A program made the translations under genes and the position numbers. Below, in pieces: positions 46,998 through 58,394 of a stretch of DNA of 64,000 bases. This DNA comes from Alphaproteobacteria bacterium. Its GTDB lineage: Bacteria; Pseudomonadota; Alphaproteobacteria; Bin95. Each line of letters starts with the position of its first letter. Position 1 is the first letter of the stretch. The stretch lies in the NCBI GenBank assembly GCA_965205265.1, contig CBDBGH010000003.1, positions 2,880,001 through 2,944,000 on the forward strand, in the 5' to 3' direction. The notes under the pieces were generated by a model. That model saw nothing but the letters and a program-made list of their open reading frames with translations. It had not been told where the DNA came from and searched no databases.

Positions 46998-47261
46998 AAG
47001 AGGGGTGCGGGCTTCCGGCTGCAAGACAACGCCGCGAAATCCCGCCCCATGCCCGAAAGGGCTGTCGCCTATGCATCGCCCGCATGGAGATCATGACATC
47101 GCATGACAGGCCCGGCATGTCCCGGCATCCGGCTGCGCGCTCGTCCGTTTCGGGCCGCGACTGGCCGTATCCGGCAGACATATCGACGGATAACCGTTGT
47201 TCCCCGATGCGTCCGTTATCCGTTATCGTAATGCCTATTCGATCCTAGGCCGGAGAGAACG

Positions 47262-48371
47262 ATGCCGCAGGACACAGCAGGCCCCGGCGGACACGCCGAA
47301 AGGCCGAAATGGTTCGGTTATCTGCAACTTGCCGTCATTCTCGGCGCGATCGCCGTTGCGCTCTATTTCGCCCGGGCTCCGGAGCGGGTCGAGCGCATCG
47401 ACAGGTCGGCGCTGGAGACGCAGGAAAGGCGGCCTGTCGTCAGCGTCGTCCGGCCGACGCCCACGGAGCAGGCGCTGACGCTTCGCCTGACCGGCTCCGT
47501 CGTGCTGAAGGAAAAGGCGACGGTGGTATCGGAGGTCGTCGGGCGCGTCGTCTGGGTCTCGCCGAAATTCGAGCCGGGCGGGTCTATAGAGGCCAATGAG
47601 GTGTTCATCCGGATCGACCCCGAGGAATACGAACTCAGGGTTGAAGAAGCGAGGCTGGCAGTAGCGGAACTCGAACATGACATGAGCGGGAAGGAAGCCC
47701 GGGGCGAAGACGCGGCGGGCCTGGCCCTGAAGCTGGAAAAGGCGCGCGTGGCGCTTCGGCTGGCGGAGTTGCAGCTTCGCAGGACGAACATTTCCTTTCC
47801 CTTCGATGCCCGCGTGATTTCATCGAGCGTCGAGGTCGGCGAGCTTGCCGGCCCGGCGGAGACGGTCGGCAAGACCGCATCGCTGGGCCGCGTCTATCGG
47901 CCCGGCTCCATCCGCGTGGCGGCCCCGATCGAGCAGCGGGACCTCAGGCATCTCGCCCCGGTGGTCGGGCGGACCGCCGAAGTCCGCACCAGGACGGGCA
48001 TCTTCAGGGCGAAAGTCGCAGCCGTCTCCTCCGTCGTGGCGGCCAAAAGCCGGCTCGCCTCGCTTTTCCTCAATTTTTCGGACGACCTGCCTGCCAGTTC
48101 CCTGCCTCTCCCCCGCACCTTCGCCGAGATCGTCATTGCCGGGCCGGAACACAGCGGCGTCTATGTGTTGCCGGACGCGGCCGCGCAGGCCAGCGACCGG
48201 GTCTGGGTCGTCAGGAACGGCGCGCTCAACTCGGTCGAGCCGCGGATTCTGGGCAGGATCGACGGCGGATGGGTGGTGGAAGCCTTCGATGCGGGCGACG
48301 GCGTCGTTCTCGGCACCCTGCCGGGAGCCCGCGAGGGCCTTGCCGTGACCGCCGCGAAACCGCAGGCATAG
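47262..48371 (+). CDS. RND periplasmic adaptor (membrane fusion protein)
   Basis: N-terminal TM helix, SEVVGRVVWV, SFPFDARV; upstream of an RND gene. Confidence 0.85.
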   Translation: MPQDTAGPGGHAERPKWFGYLQLAVILGAIAVALYFARAPERVERIDRSALETQERRPVVSVVRPTPTEQALTLRLTGSVVLKEKATVVSEVVGRVVWVSPKFEPGGSIEANEVFIRIDPEEYELRVEEARLAVAELEHDMSGKEARGEDAAGLALKLEKARVALRLAELQLRRTNISFPFDARVISSSVEVGELAGPAETVGKTASLGRVYRPGSIRVAAPIEQRDLRHLAPVVGRTAEVRTRTGIFRAKVAAVSSVVAAKSRLASLFLNFSDDLPASSLPLPRTFAEIVIAGPEHSGVYVLPDAAAQASDRVWVVRNGALNSVEPRILGRIDGGWVVEAFDAGDGVVLGTLPGAREGLAVTAAKPQA

Positions 48372-48381
48372 GGGGCGCGGC

Positions 48382-51300
48382 ATGAGCAACAACGACGCGG
48401 GCGGAGGCGCCGGCAGGACCGGAACGCCTGCGCCGCGCGGCCCGATCGCCTAGTTTGCGGCGAACCCCGTCGCCGCCAATCTTCTGATGGTCTTCCTGAT
48501 CGCCGCCGGTGCGATCGCCGGCTCGCAGCTCGTGGTCCAGAACTACCCGGAATTCGACGCGCGCCGTATTGCCGTCAAGATCCCGTCGCCCGGCGCATCG
48601 CCGAGGGAAGTGCAGGAGGACGTGGTCCGCCGGGTCGAGGAAGCGATTGTCGGCATATCCGGCGTCAGCCGGGTGGTCAGCACGGCGAAGGAAGGCCTCG
48701 GCCTGATCGACGTGGAACTCGAGACCTTTGCCGATGACGAGGCGGTCCTGACCGATGTCGAAAGCGCCATCGACACCATAGAGAACTTTCCGCCTCCGAC
48801 CGCGGAACGGCCGAAGGTCTCCCTTCTCAGATGGCGGAACGATGTCGTGACGGTTGCGGTTTCGTCCGCCTCGGCGACGGAAGCGGGCCTTCGGCTCGCG
48901 GCGGAGAATTTGCGCGACTCGCTGCTGGCCCTGCCCAAGGTCTCCCATATCGAGTTCCAGGGCGGGCGCGACCGGGAGATCGCGATAGAGCTGAGCGAGG
49001 AGGACCTGCGGCGAAACCGGCTCCAGATAGCCGACATCAGGCGGGCGATCCGGCGCGCTTCGCTCAATCTGACCTTCGGAGAGTTGCGGACCGATGCAGG
49101 CGGCGTCGTGCTCCAGGTCGTGGCGAAGCGGAAATACAGCAGGGAATTCAAGGACATACCGCTTATCACCCGACTCGATGGAACGGTGGTGACGCTGGGC
49201 GATGTCGCCAGGATTCGCGATGGATTCGTCGATGAAAATGTCCTGACCGAGCTTGACGGCACGCCGGCCGTATTTCTGCGGATAAGCGCCACGGGCAGGC
49301 AATCGACCAAGGAGGTCCGGAACATTGTCGTCGGGTTTCTCGAGAGCTACAGCCCGCCCGGGCATGTTTCGGTCGAAGTCTGGGACGACAAGGTCGATCT
49401 GACGGTCGAGCGGCTGACGCTGATTCTGGGGAACGCCGTGATCGGCGCGGTCCTGGTGTTCATCTGCCTGGTCGCGGTGTTCGACCTTCGGCTGGCGTTC
49501 TGGACCGCCTTCGGCATTCCCCTGGCCTTTGTCGGATCGCTGATTTTCTTCACGCCGGCCGACCTGACGCTGAACATGGGCACCCTGTTCGCGTTCTTCC
49601 TGATGGTCGGCATCGTGGTGGACGACGCCGTTGTCGTGGGCGAGAGCATCGCGACGGAAAGGAGCCGCGGCGGGACGGCGCTCGGCGCTGCGATTGCCGG
49701 GGCGCGGGCCGTTGCAGGGCCGCTGGTTGTCGGCGCGGCCACCACGATGATCGCGCTGGTCCCCCTGCTGTTCATCAACGAAGGCACCTGGCAGATGGTC
49801 CGGGTCATCCCCTGGGTGGCGCTGTTCGTGCTGGCGGTCTCGCTGGTGGAGGCGTTCTTCATCCTGCCGGCGCATCTCTCGCATGACAGGCCCTGGAGCG
49901 CGCCGCCGCTGAGCGGCTGGCAAGGGGCGGTGCGCGGCTGGCTCGACGGCGTTCGCGACAGCGTGGTGGCCGCCACCGTTTCCTGGTCGGTGCGCCATGT
50001 CTGGACGGCGCTCGGCATCGGCATCCTCATTGTGGTCTGCGCGGTGCTGCTTCTGCGCTACCACGAGGTGCGGGTCCTGTTCGCGGAGGCGCGGGCGAGC
50101 GTTTCCAACACGGTGCAGGTGGAGCTGCGCCTGCCGGCCGGCTCGCCCTTCGAGGCGACGCTTGCCGCCGCCGAGCGTTTCAGGGATGCCGCCGAGGGCG
50201 TGAACGAGGACCTGGAAGGCACGTCGGTCAAGTCGGTCAGCATCGCGGTCGGCAAGATCCTGTCCACCCGGCCCGGTGACGCCGAACTGTCGGGCGACCA
50301 CCTGGCGACAGTAAGGGTCCACCTTTACCGCCGCCCGGTCCGCATAGCGCAGCCGAGCGAGGTGGAACGCGCCTTGCGGGCCCGCGTCGGCGACGTTTCG
50401 AGCCTCGAACATGTGGAATATGTGACCAGCAGGAGCAAGCTCAGGCCGAATCTCGCCTATTCGATACGCCATGACGACCCGGAGGTGCTGCAGGACGCAG
50501 CGCGGAAACTGCGTTCCGCCCTCGCCTCGATACACGGCGTTTACGGGGTTTACGACAATCTCTCGCCCGGCAAGCGGCAGCTCGAGATAGAACTGACGCC
50601 GGCCGGCAAGGCGGCCGGGCTGTCGCCGGCGCTGCTGGGCGCGCAATTGCGTGCCCGGCTTCACGGCGCCGAAGCGCAGCGCATCCAGCGCGGCCGCGAG
50701 GAAATCGAGGTCGTTGTCAGATATCCCGCGGAACGCCGCCGCAGCCTGAAGGAACTGGCCGGGATGCGCATAGACCGGCCCGGCGGGGGCGAGGTGCCGC
50801 TCTCCCTGGTCGCAACGCTCACCGAAAGGCAGGAACTGGCCGAGCTGACGCGGATCGACGGCAAGCCGGCCGTCATCGTGGAGGCGAAGGCGGACGCCGC
50901 GGTCATCACGCCGATCCAGGCCCGCCGGCTGATAGAGGAAGGCGTCGCGCAGGAGCTGCGCGCCGCGCATCCCGGCATCGCGGTAGAGCGGGACGGCGGG
51001 GCGCGGAACGAGCGGCGGGTGATGGAAACGCTGGCCATGCTGGTGCCGCTTGCGCTGATCGCGATGTATGCGGTCATGGCGGCGTTCCTGCGCAGCTACT
51101 GGAAGCCGCTGGTCGCCGCGGCAGGAATCCCGGCCGCCTTCGCCGGCGCGGTGCTGATGCATTGGATACTCGGCTGGGACTTCAGCTTCATGTCGGTGTT
51201 CGGGATCGTCGCCGTGTCGGGCGTGGTCGTGAACGATGCGCTGGTGCTGCTCGACCGCTACAACATCATCCGCCGGGAGAACGACGCCCTGCCGGCGATC

Positions 51301-51522
51301 GCCGCCGCGGCGGCCGCCACGCGCCACCGCTTCCGCGCCGTGCTGCTCACCAGCCTGACGACGGTGCTGGGCCTCTCGCCCCTGCTCTACGAGCGCAGCG
51401 ACGCCCTGCTCTTCCTGGTGCCGTTCGTCGCCAGCATGTTGGGCGGGCTCGTGCTGGCGGGCATGTTCGTCCTGTTCCTCCTGCCGGCGATGGTGATGAT
51501 CGCCGACGGCAGGCACGAATAG
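48382..51522 (+). pseudogene. RND efflux permease with an in-frame TAG at codon 24 (or an N-truncated product starting at 48487)
   Basis: ATG 48382 ...GPIA-TAG(48451)-FAANPVAANLLM...; the remaining 1011 aa are intact with GIVVDDAVVVGE. Confidence 0.7.
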
Positions 51523-51545
51523 GCCGGCCGACGGCGAAACGCGGT

Positions 51546-51574
51546 TTGACAGCCGGCGGGCCGGGCCCTAGTTT
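51546..51574 (+). promoter_or_regulatory. Putative sigma70 promoter for rpmG
   Basis: TTGACA-17 bp-TAGTTT. Confidence 0.6.
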
Positions 51575-51609
51575 GCCCGCCGTTCCAGTTTGCAGCGGAG
51601 GCGCATGCG

Positions 51610-51777
51610 ATGGCCAAGCCGGCAACCGTCATGGTGAAGCTCGTCAGCACGGCCGACACGGGCTATTTCTACGTCACCAAGAAGAACCCGCGGACCAAGA
51701 CCGAGAAACTCGAGATCCGCAAATTCGACCCCATCGCGCGCAAGCATGTCGTCTTCAAGGAACAGAAGATGAAATAG
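51610..51777 (+). CDS. rpmG: 50S ribosomal protein L33 (55 aa, absent from the ORF track)
   Basis: [55 protein letters not shown]. Confidence 0.96.
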   Translation: MAKPATVMVKLVSTADTGYFYVTKKNPRTKTEKLEIRKFDPIARKHVVFKEQKMK

Positions 51778-51832
51778 CGGCGGCAGCCGCTTCGCCTGCT
51801 GCGGGCGCGGGCCGGCTATCGGACGGGATTTC

Positions 51833-53002
51833 ATGGAAACCGGCGAGGTCGCGGCCGTTTGCCGGAATTGCGGCCGTCCCGCCGCCGCCCCTGTTCCGAC
51901 ACGCTGCCCGTCCTGCCGTTCCCCCCGCTTCGCCGCCCATCCCGAGATCGCCCGCGTGGGCATCGCGCATCTCGACTGCGACGCCTTCTACGCCGCCATC
52001 GAGAAGCGGGACGACCCGGACCTCGCCGACCGCCCGGTGGTGATCGGCGGCGGGCGGCGCGGCGTCGTCGCCGCCGCCTGCTATGTCGCGCGGCGTTTCG
52101 GCGTGCGCTCGGCCATGGCCATGTACAAGGCGCTCGAAGCCTGCCCCCATGCGGTCGTGCTGAGGCCCGACATGGCGAAATACCGCAAGGTGGGGCGCGA
52201 GGTTCGGGGCCTGATGCGCGAAGCCACGCCGCTGGTCGAGCCGATCTCCATCGACGAGGCGTTTCTGGACCTCGGCGCGCATGCCCTGCCGGCCGCTGCC
52301 GCCGTCCGCCTTGTCCGGCGGATCGAGGACGAGATCGGCATCACGGTCTCGGTCGGACTCGCCGCCAACAAGTTCCTCGCCAAGATCGCCTCGGACCTCG
52401 ACAAGCCGCGCGGCTTCGCCGTGATCGGTCCCGAGGAAGCGCCGGCGTTCCTGGCGGCGAAGCCGGTCACGATCATCCCGGGCGTCGGCGCCGCGATGGC
52501 CCGGCGGCTCCGGGCCGAGGGCGTGCTCGCGGTCGCCGACCTGCGCCGCTGGACGGAAGCGGAGATGACGGCCCGGTTCGGCACGTTCGGGCGCCGCCTC
52601 TACTCGTTCGCCCGCTGCCGCGACGACCGGCCCGTCCAGCCGGTGAGCGAGACCCGCAGCATTTCCGCCGAAACCACCTTCGAGAACGACCGCAGCGGCT
52701 ATGACGACCTCGCCCGCGCCCTGCCGCCGCTGGCCCGGACCGTCGCGACCCGCCTCGACACCGCCGGCCTTGCCGCCGGCTCCGTCGTGCTGAAGCTCAA
52801 GACGGCAGACTTCCGCACCCATACCCGCAGCCATGCGCTCGCCTTCGCCACCCAGCGCGCGGACCGCCTGCTGGAAGAGGCGGAGCGGCTACTCCGGCCC
52901 GAAGCGGACGGCCGCGCCTTCCGCCTGATCGGGCTCGGCGCGGCCGACCTCGCGCCGCCGGATGCCGCCGACCCGCCGGAACTCTTCGCCGGCGCACGCT
53001 GA
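51833..53002 (+). CDS. dinB: DNA polymerase IV (Y family)
   Basis: HLDCDAFYAAIE, SIDEAFLD, KIASDLDKPRG; N-terminal CxxC..CxxC. Confidence 0.94.
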   Translation: METGEVAAVCRNCGRPAAAPVPTRCPSCRSPRFAAHPEIARVGIAHLDCDAFYAAIEKRDDPDLADRPVVIGGGRRGVVAAACYVARRFGVRSAMAMYKALEACPHAVVLRPDMAKYRKVGREVRGLMREATPLVEPISIDEAFLDLGAHALPAAAAVRLVRRIEDEIGITVSVGLAANKFLAKIASDLDKPRGFAVIGPEEAPAFLAAKPVTIIPGVGAAMARRLRAEGVLAVADLRRWTEAEMTARFGTFGRRLYSFARCRDDRPVQPVSETRSISAETTFENDRSGYDDLARALPPLARTVATRLDTAGLAAGSVVLKLKTADFRTHTRSHALAFATQRADRLLEEAERLLRPEADGRAFRLIGLGAADLAPPDAADPPELFAGAR

Positions 53003-53101
53003 TGGCGAATTGCGCCTTCCGGGCAACGGCCTTGCCGTCCGCGCCCATCCGGTGTTCCCTTGCCCGAAACCGACGATGACAAGGGAAGGGAACCCCGACC
53101 G

Positions 53102-53869
53102 ATGGACCTGCGTCTGGCCGGAAAGACCGTGCTTATCACCGGCGCCTCGAAAGGCATCGGGCTCGCCTGCGCCGAACTCTTCGCGGAGGAAGGCTGCGAC
53201 CTGCATCTGGTGGCGCGCACCGTCGCCGACCTCGAACGGGCGCGCGACGCCATCCGCGGCCGGCACAATGTCGCCGTCACGATCCATCCGCTCGACCTTT
53301 CCGACGGCGGCAATGTCAAGCGCCTGGTCGCGGAGACCGGCGAGGGGCTGGACATCGTCGTCAACAATGCAGGCGCCATTCCCGGCGGCCCGATCCACAT
53401 GATCGACGAGGAGCGCTGGCGCGAGGCCTGGGACCTCAAGGTGTTCGGCTACATCAACATGTGCCGGGAGCTCTATCCGGTCTTCCAGGCGAAGGGAGCG
53501 GGCGTGATCGTCAATGTCGTGGGCACCGGCGGCGAGCGGCCGAGCGCGGGCTATATCGCGGGCGCAGGGGGCAATGCCGGCCTCATCGCGTTTACCCGCG
53601 CGCTCGGCGGCAAGAGCCCCGATGACGGTTTTCGCATTGTCGGCGTCAATCCGGGCCCGATCCTGACCGAGCGCCTGACCACCATCATGCGCGCGCAGGC
53701 GCTGGACAGGTTCGGCGACGAGGAGCGCTGGGAAGAATGCATGCCGACCGCCCCGCCGCCGGGCGAGCCGGAGGACTGCGCCGACCTCGTGGTCTTCCTC
53801 GCCTCGGAGCGAGCGAAGCATATTTCCGGTACTGTCGTCACCATCGACGGCGGCGCCGTCTCCCGCTAG
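53102..53869 (+). CDS. Short-chain dehydrogenase/reductase
   Basis: TGASKGIG, NNAG. Confidence 0.88.
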   Translation: MDLRLAGKTVLITGASKGIGLACAELFAEEGCDLHLVARTVADLERARDAIRGRHNVAVTIHPLDLSDGGNVKRLVAETGEGLDIVVNNAGAIPGGPIHMIDEERWREAWDLKVFGYINMCRELYPVFQAKGAGVIVNVVGTGGERPSAGYIAGAGGNAGLIAFTRALGGKSPDDGFRIVGVNPGPILTERLTTIMRAQALDRFGDEERWEECMPTAPPPGEPEDCADLVVFLASERAKHISGTVVTIDGGAVSR

Positions 53870-53884
53870 GAGCCCCATGACGCC

Positions 53885-54499
53885 ATGAGCAGCACTCTCG
53901 AGTTCTTCTTCGACGTCTCCAGTCCCTGGACCTATCTCGCCTTCCACCGTATCGAGGATTTTTGCGCCGAGCTCGGGCTGGACCTTGTCTGGAAGCCGTT
54001 CCTGGTGGGCGGCGTGTTCAACAAGGTCAATCCGAGCGTCTATCAGCGCCGCGAGAACCCCGTCCCGCCCAAGGACGCCTATTATCGCAAGGACATGGAC
54101 GACTGGGCGCGCTACGAGGGCATCGTCATCGGCAAGCCGACGGTCTTCCCGGTCAACTCGGTCAAGGCCATGCGCGGCTGCTTCCACGCCATCGAAGAAG
54201 GCCGGGTGTCCGCCTTCGCGCGCGGCTGCTTCGAGGCCTATTGGCGCGACGACCGCGATATCGGCCAGGAGGACGTGCTGGCGGAAGTCGTGGAATCCTC
54301 CGGACTCGACAAGCAGCGCTTCTTCGCCGCCATCGCCGATCCGGGGATCAAGCAAAAGCTGTTCGACACGACCGACGAGCTGATCGAGCGGGGCGGTTTC
54401 GGCTCGCCCACTTTCTTCCTCGACGGCGACGACATGTATTTCGGCAATGACCGCTTGGAGCTGATCCGCGCGGCAGTGGAAAGGAAACGCAATGGCTGA
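53885..54499 (+). CDS. 2-hydroxychromene-2-carboxylate isomerase / GST-kappa (DsbA-like) family
   Basis: FFFDVSSPWTY, GGFGSPTF, FGNDRL. Confidence 0.88.
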   Translation: MSSTLEFFFDVSSPWTYLAFHRIEDFCAELGLDLVWKPFLVGGVFNKVNPSVYQRRENPVPPKDAYYRKDMDDWARYEGIVIGKPTVFPVNSVKAMRGCFHAIEEGRVSAFARGCFEAYWRDDRDIGQEDVLAEVVESSGLDKQRFFAAIADPGIKQKLFDTTDELIERGGFGSPTFFLDGDDMYFGNDRLELIRAAVERKRNG

Positions 54500-55775
54500 A
54501 CCTCTGGTCACCGCCGAGGAAACGGCGCTGCGCGAGACCGCGCGCCGCGTGCTGCCCGCCGGCAGCTTCGGCAATGTGCCGTTCGAGACCGTCATCCGCT
54601 CCGGGCAAGGCAGCCATGTCTGGGATGTCTCGGGCAATGAATATATCGACTACCTGCTCGGCTCCGGGCCGATGCTGGCGGGGCACTGCCATCCGGAGGT
54701 CGTCGAGGCGGTAATGGAGCAGGTCGGGCGCGGCACGACCTTCTTCGCCAACAACGAGCACGGCATCCGGCTTGCCGAGGCCGTGATCGAGCGCGTCGCC
54801 TGCGCTGAAAAGGTGCGCTTCGTCTCCAGCGGCACGGAAGCCACGTTCTACGCCATGCGGATCGCGCGCGCCTTTCGCGGCCGCGACAAGATCCTGAAAT
54901 TCGAGGGCGGCTTCCACGGCATGAACGACTATGCGCTCATGTCGATGGCGCCGAAGCGGCCCGGCAACTTCCCGCAGGCGGCGCCGGACAGCGCCGGCAT
55001 TCCCGCAGCCGTTCGCGACGAGGTGCTGATCGCGCCTTTCAACGACGCCGAAACGGCCGTGCAGCTTATCCGCGACCATGCCGACGAACTGGCCGCCGCC
55101 ATCGTCGAGCCGTTCCAGCGGCTGATCCCGCCGAAGCCCGGCTTCCTCGAAGCGCTCCGCGAGGTCACGGAGGAAACCGGCGTCGTGCTGATCTTCGACG
55201 AGGTGGTGACCGGCTTCCGGTTCGCGCGGGGCGGGGCGCAGGAGCGCTACGGCGTCACGCCCGACATGTGCTCGCTCGGCAAGGTGGTGGGCGGCGGCTA
55301 TCCGCTGGCGGCCGTCGCCGGGCGCGACGACATCATGGCGCATTTCGACGCCGGGCGCGTGGACGGCGACCGCTTTGCGCAGCAGATCGGCACGCTCAGC
55401 GGCAATCCGGTCGCGGCCGTCGCCGGCCTCAAGACGCTGGAGGTCCTGGGCCGGCCCGGGGTCTATGAGCGCCACGAGCAGATCGGCCGGGCCCTGATCG
55501 ACGGGCTGGGAACGCTGCTCGAGGAGAGCGGCCACGAGGGGCAGGTGCTGGGCTCGCCGCCCATGTTCGATGTCATCTTCGCCGGCGGCGAGGTCGCCGA
55601 CTACCGCGCCACCATGCGCGCCGACGCGGCCAGGACCAAGGCCTTCAACGCCGGGCTGCGCGCCAGGGGCATCTTCAAGGGCGAGAGCAAATTCTACCTC
55701 TCGGTGGTGCACAGCGACGAGGACATCGCCAACACGCTCGACGCCGCGCGCGAGTCGCTCAAGGAGCTGTCCTGA
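54492..55775 (+). CDS. Class III PLP aminotransferase (glutamate-1-semialdehyde aminomutase-like)
   Basis: [33 protein letters not shown]. Confidence 0.88.
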   Translation: MAEPLVTAEETALRETARRVLPAGSFGNVPFETVIRSGQGSHVWDVSGNEYIDYLLGSGPMLAGHCHPEVVEAVMEQVGRGTTFFANNEHGIRLAEAVIERVACAEKVRFVSSGTEATFYAMRIARAFRGRDKILKFEGGFHGMNDYALMSMAPKRPGNFPQAAPDSAGIPAAVRDEVLIAPFNDAETAVQLIRDHADELAAAIVEPFQRLIPPKPGFLEALREVTEETGVVLIFDEVVTGFRFARGGAQERYGVTPDMCSLGKVVGGGYPLAAVAGRDDIMAHFDAGRVDGDRFAQQIGTLSGNPVAAVAGLKTLEVLGRPGVYERHEQIGRALIDGLGTLLEESGHEGQVLGSPPMFDVIFAGGEVADYRATMRADAARTKAFNAGLRARGIFKGESKFYLSVVHSDEDIANTLDAARESLKELS

Positions 55776-57414
55776 CCTCCCGCGCCCTGATCCGGGCCCA
55801 GTCGTCGCGGAGCCCGATCGTGCGGTTGAAGCCGCCGTCGGGGTCGGCGGCGAAATAGCCGAGGCGCTCGAACTGCACCGGCCTGCCGGGCTCCAGGCCG
55901 GCCACGCCGGGCTCGAGGCGGCAATCCTCCAGCACCTCCAGCGAGTCGGGGTTCAGGTCTTCGAGGCCCGCCGGCTCGTCAGAGGCGAAGAGCGGACCGT
56001 AGAGCCGGACCGGGGCGCGCTCGGCATGGGCGGCGGAGACCCAGTGGATCGTCGCCTTCACCTTGCGCCCGTCCGGCGCGTTGCCGCCGCGCGTCTCCGG
56101 ATCGTAGCGGCAGCGTAACTCGACGATCTCGCCGTCCTCGTCCTTCACCGCTTCCAGGCAGGTGAGGAAAAAGGCGTAGCGCAGCCGCACCTCCCGGCCG
56201 GGCGCGAGGCGGAAGAACTTCCGGGGCGGGTCTTCCATGAAGTCGTCGCGCTCGATCCAGAGCTCGCGCGAGAACGGGACCTTGCGGCTGCCCGCATCCG
56301 GGTCGCCCGGATTGTTGGCGGCCTCCAGCCACTCCGTCTCGCCCTCGGGGTAGTTTTCGATCGTGACCCTGAGCGGCCTCAGCACGGCCATGCGCCGCTC
56401 GGCGGTGCGGTTCAGCCGTTCGCGCACGCAATGGTCGAGCAGCGCCGCCTCCACGCGGCCGGCGCTCTTCGAGATCGCGAGCCGGGAGACGAAGTCGCGC
56501 ACGGCCTCCGCCGGCACGCCCCGCCGGCGAAGGCCGCGCAGGGTCGGCATGCGCGGGTCGTCCCAGCCCGCCACATGGCCTTCTTCGACGAGGCGGGTCA
56601 GTACGCGCTTGGAGAGGATCGTCCCGGTCATGTCGAGCCGCGCGAACTCGTACTGGCGCGGGCGCGACGCGGCCGGCACGCGCTCCAGCAGCCAGTCGTA
56701 GAGCGGGCGGTGGTCGGCGAACTCCAGCGTGCAGAGCGAGTGCGTCACGCCCTCGATGGCGTCCGACTGGCCGTGCGCATAGTCGTAGGTCGGGTAGATG
56801 CGCCAGGCCTCGCCCGTGCGCGGATGCGCATGGTCTAGGATGCGGTAGAGCACCGGATCGCGCATATTGATATTGCCCGAGCCCATGTCGATGCGCGCGC
56901 GCAGCACACAGGCGCCGGGAGGAAACGCGCCGGCGCGCATCCGGCGCAGCAGGTCGAGGCTCTCGGCCGCCGGCCGGTCGCGCCAGGGGCCGGGCCGGCC
57001 AGGCTCCGTCAAGGTGCCGCGCGTCGCCCGGATTTCCTCCGCCGACTGCTCATCCACATAGGCATGGCCCGTCTCGACCAGATGCTCCGCCCACTCGTAG
57101 AGCGTCTCGAAATAGTCGGAGGCATGGACCGGCTCGCCCGCCCACTCGAAGCCGAGCCAGCGCACGTCCTCCTGGATGGCATCGATATAGGCCTGCTCCT
57201 CTTTCGCCGGGTTGGTGTCGTCGAAGCGCAGGTTGCAATGCCCGCCGAACTCCGCCGCCACGCCGAAATTGAGGCAGATCGACTTGGCGTGGCCGATATG
57301 CAGGAAGCCGTTGGGCTCCGGCGGGAAGCGGGTGACGACCGACGCGGCCCGGCCCTCCGCAAGGTCGGCGCGGATGCGGCTGCGGATGAAGTCCCCGCCC
57401 GTGGGCGCGTCCAT
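55759..57414 (-). CDS. glnS: Glutaminyl-tRNA synthetase
   Basis: [56 protein letters not shown]. Confidence 0.95.
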   Translation of the reverse strand: MDAPTGGDFIRSRIRADLAEGRAASVVTRFPPEPNGFLHIGHAKSICLNFGVAAEFGGHCNLRFDDTNPAKEEQAYIDAIQEDVRWLGFEWAGEPVHASDYFETLYEWAEHLVETGHAYVDEQSAEEIRATRGTLTEPGRPGPWRDRPAAESLDLLRRMRAGAFPPGACVLRARIDMGSGNINMRDPVLYRILDHAHPRTGEAWRIYPTYDYAHGQSDAIEGVTHSLCTLEFADHRPLYDWLLERVPAASRPRQYEFARLDMTGTILSKRVLTRLVEEGHVAGWDDPRMPTLRGLRRRGVPAEAVRDFVSRLAISKSAGRVEAALLDHCVRERLNRTAERRMAVLRPLRVTIENYPEGETEWLEAANNPGDPDAGSRKVPFSRELWIERDDFMEDPPRKFFRLAPGREVRLRYAFFLTCLEAVKDEDGEIVELRCRYDPETRGGNAPDGRKVKATIHWVSAAHAERAPVRLYGPLFASDEPAGLEDLNPDSLEVLEDCRLEPGVAGLEPGRPVQFERLGYFAADPDGGFNRTIGLRDDWARIRAREVRTAP

Positions 57415-57431
57415 GGAACCGGCGCTCCCTC

Positions 57432-58265
57432 TCAGAACGGCGATGTGCCGCGCGTCACGGTGCGGTGCAGCACCCGGGCTTCGCGGGCGCGCTCCTCGGC
57501 GCGGTGCAGCAGGCAGCGATTGTCCCACATCAGCAGGTCGCCCGGCTGCCACGGATGGCGATAGACGAAACGGTCCTCCGTGCTGTGCGCCTCGATCTCC
57601 TCCAGCAGCGCCTCGCCCTCCTTCCTGTCCATGCCGAGAATGTGCGAGGCGTGGTTGCCGATGAAGAACGCCTCCAAGCCGCTCTCGGGGTGGCGCCGCA
57701 CCAGCGGGTGCGCGACCGGCGGATAAACCGACGCCTCCTCCGGACTCGCTTCGCGCTCGCCGGATTTCCGGCAGGAACGCACCCAGTCATGCACCACCTT
57801 CATCCCCCGGAACGCCTCCCGCCGTTCCGGCGAATACGCCTCGAAGGCGCGGTTCATGTTGGCGAACTCGGTCTGTCCGCCTTGCGCCGGCACCTTCACG
57901 GCATAGAGGAAGGTCGCGCAGGACGGCACCGTCCGGTAGGACTTGTCCGAGTGCCAGCGCAGGTTCCCCTTCGCCGCCGCCTCGGGTCTCGGCCGCCCGT
58001 CGGCATCCAGGTTCGAGACCGTGTGGACGAGCGAGACGTCACCGCCCTTGTTGCGCTGGATATGCACGTCGAGCGGGCCGAACTGGAGCGTCGCCGCCAA
58101 TTGCGCCGGCTTGTCCAGCTCCTGGTCCCGGAAGCACAGGACATGGCGGTCCAGGAAGGCTTCGTTGAGCGCGGCCCGGTCGCCGTCGCCGAGAGGTTCG
58201 CGCAGATCGACGCCCCGGACCTCGGCTGCCAGCACATCGGAAAGCGGTTGGATGGCGACTGTCAT
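57432..58265 (-). CDS. TauD/TfdA family Fe(II)/2-oxoglutarate dioxygenase
   Basis: [27 protein letters not shown]. Confidence 0.92.
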   Translation of the reverse strand: MTVAIQPLSDVLAAEVRGVDLREPLGDGDRAALNEAFLDRHVLCFRDQELDKPAQLAATLQFGPLDVHIQRNKGGDVSLVHTVSNLDADGRPRPEAAAKGNLRWHSDKSYRTVPSCATFLYAVKVPAQGGQTEFANMNRAFEAYSPERREAFRGMKVVHDWVRSCRKSGEREASPEEASVYPPVAHPLVRRHPESGLEAFFIGNHASHILGMDRKEGEALLEEIEAHSTEDRFVYRHPWQPGDLLMWDNRCLLHRAEERAREARVLHRTVTRGTSPF

Positions 58266-58333
58266 GGGCTCCAATCTAGCCGAGCGCCGGGCAGAGCGGT
58301 AGCGCCCTGGATCGCCGCCTCGGCGCCGAAAGC

Positions 58334-58360
58334 AAAACGCCGGGCCCTGGGGCCCGGCGT
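58334..58360 (-). terminator. Intrinsic terminator after ibpA
   Basis: GC-rich hairpin ACGCCGGGCC...GGCCCGGCGT followed by a short T run on the minus strand. Confidence 0.6.
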
Positions 58361-58394
58361 CCGGTTGCGTGAATGTAGAGGGCGGTGTCGGCAA

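Larger units (their letters stand above)
46315..47110 (+). repeat. Uncharacterised dispersed non-coding element, copy 1
   Basis: Aligns by eye with the reverse complement of 59060-59580; carries two 61-bp modules (46795-46855, 47048-47108). Confidence 0.8.

Noticed and set aside
51833-51920. Zn-ribbon-like N-terminus of DinB
   Set aside because: Common in alphaproteobacterial DinB proteins
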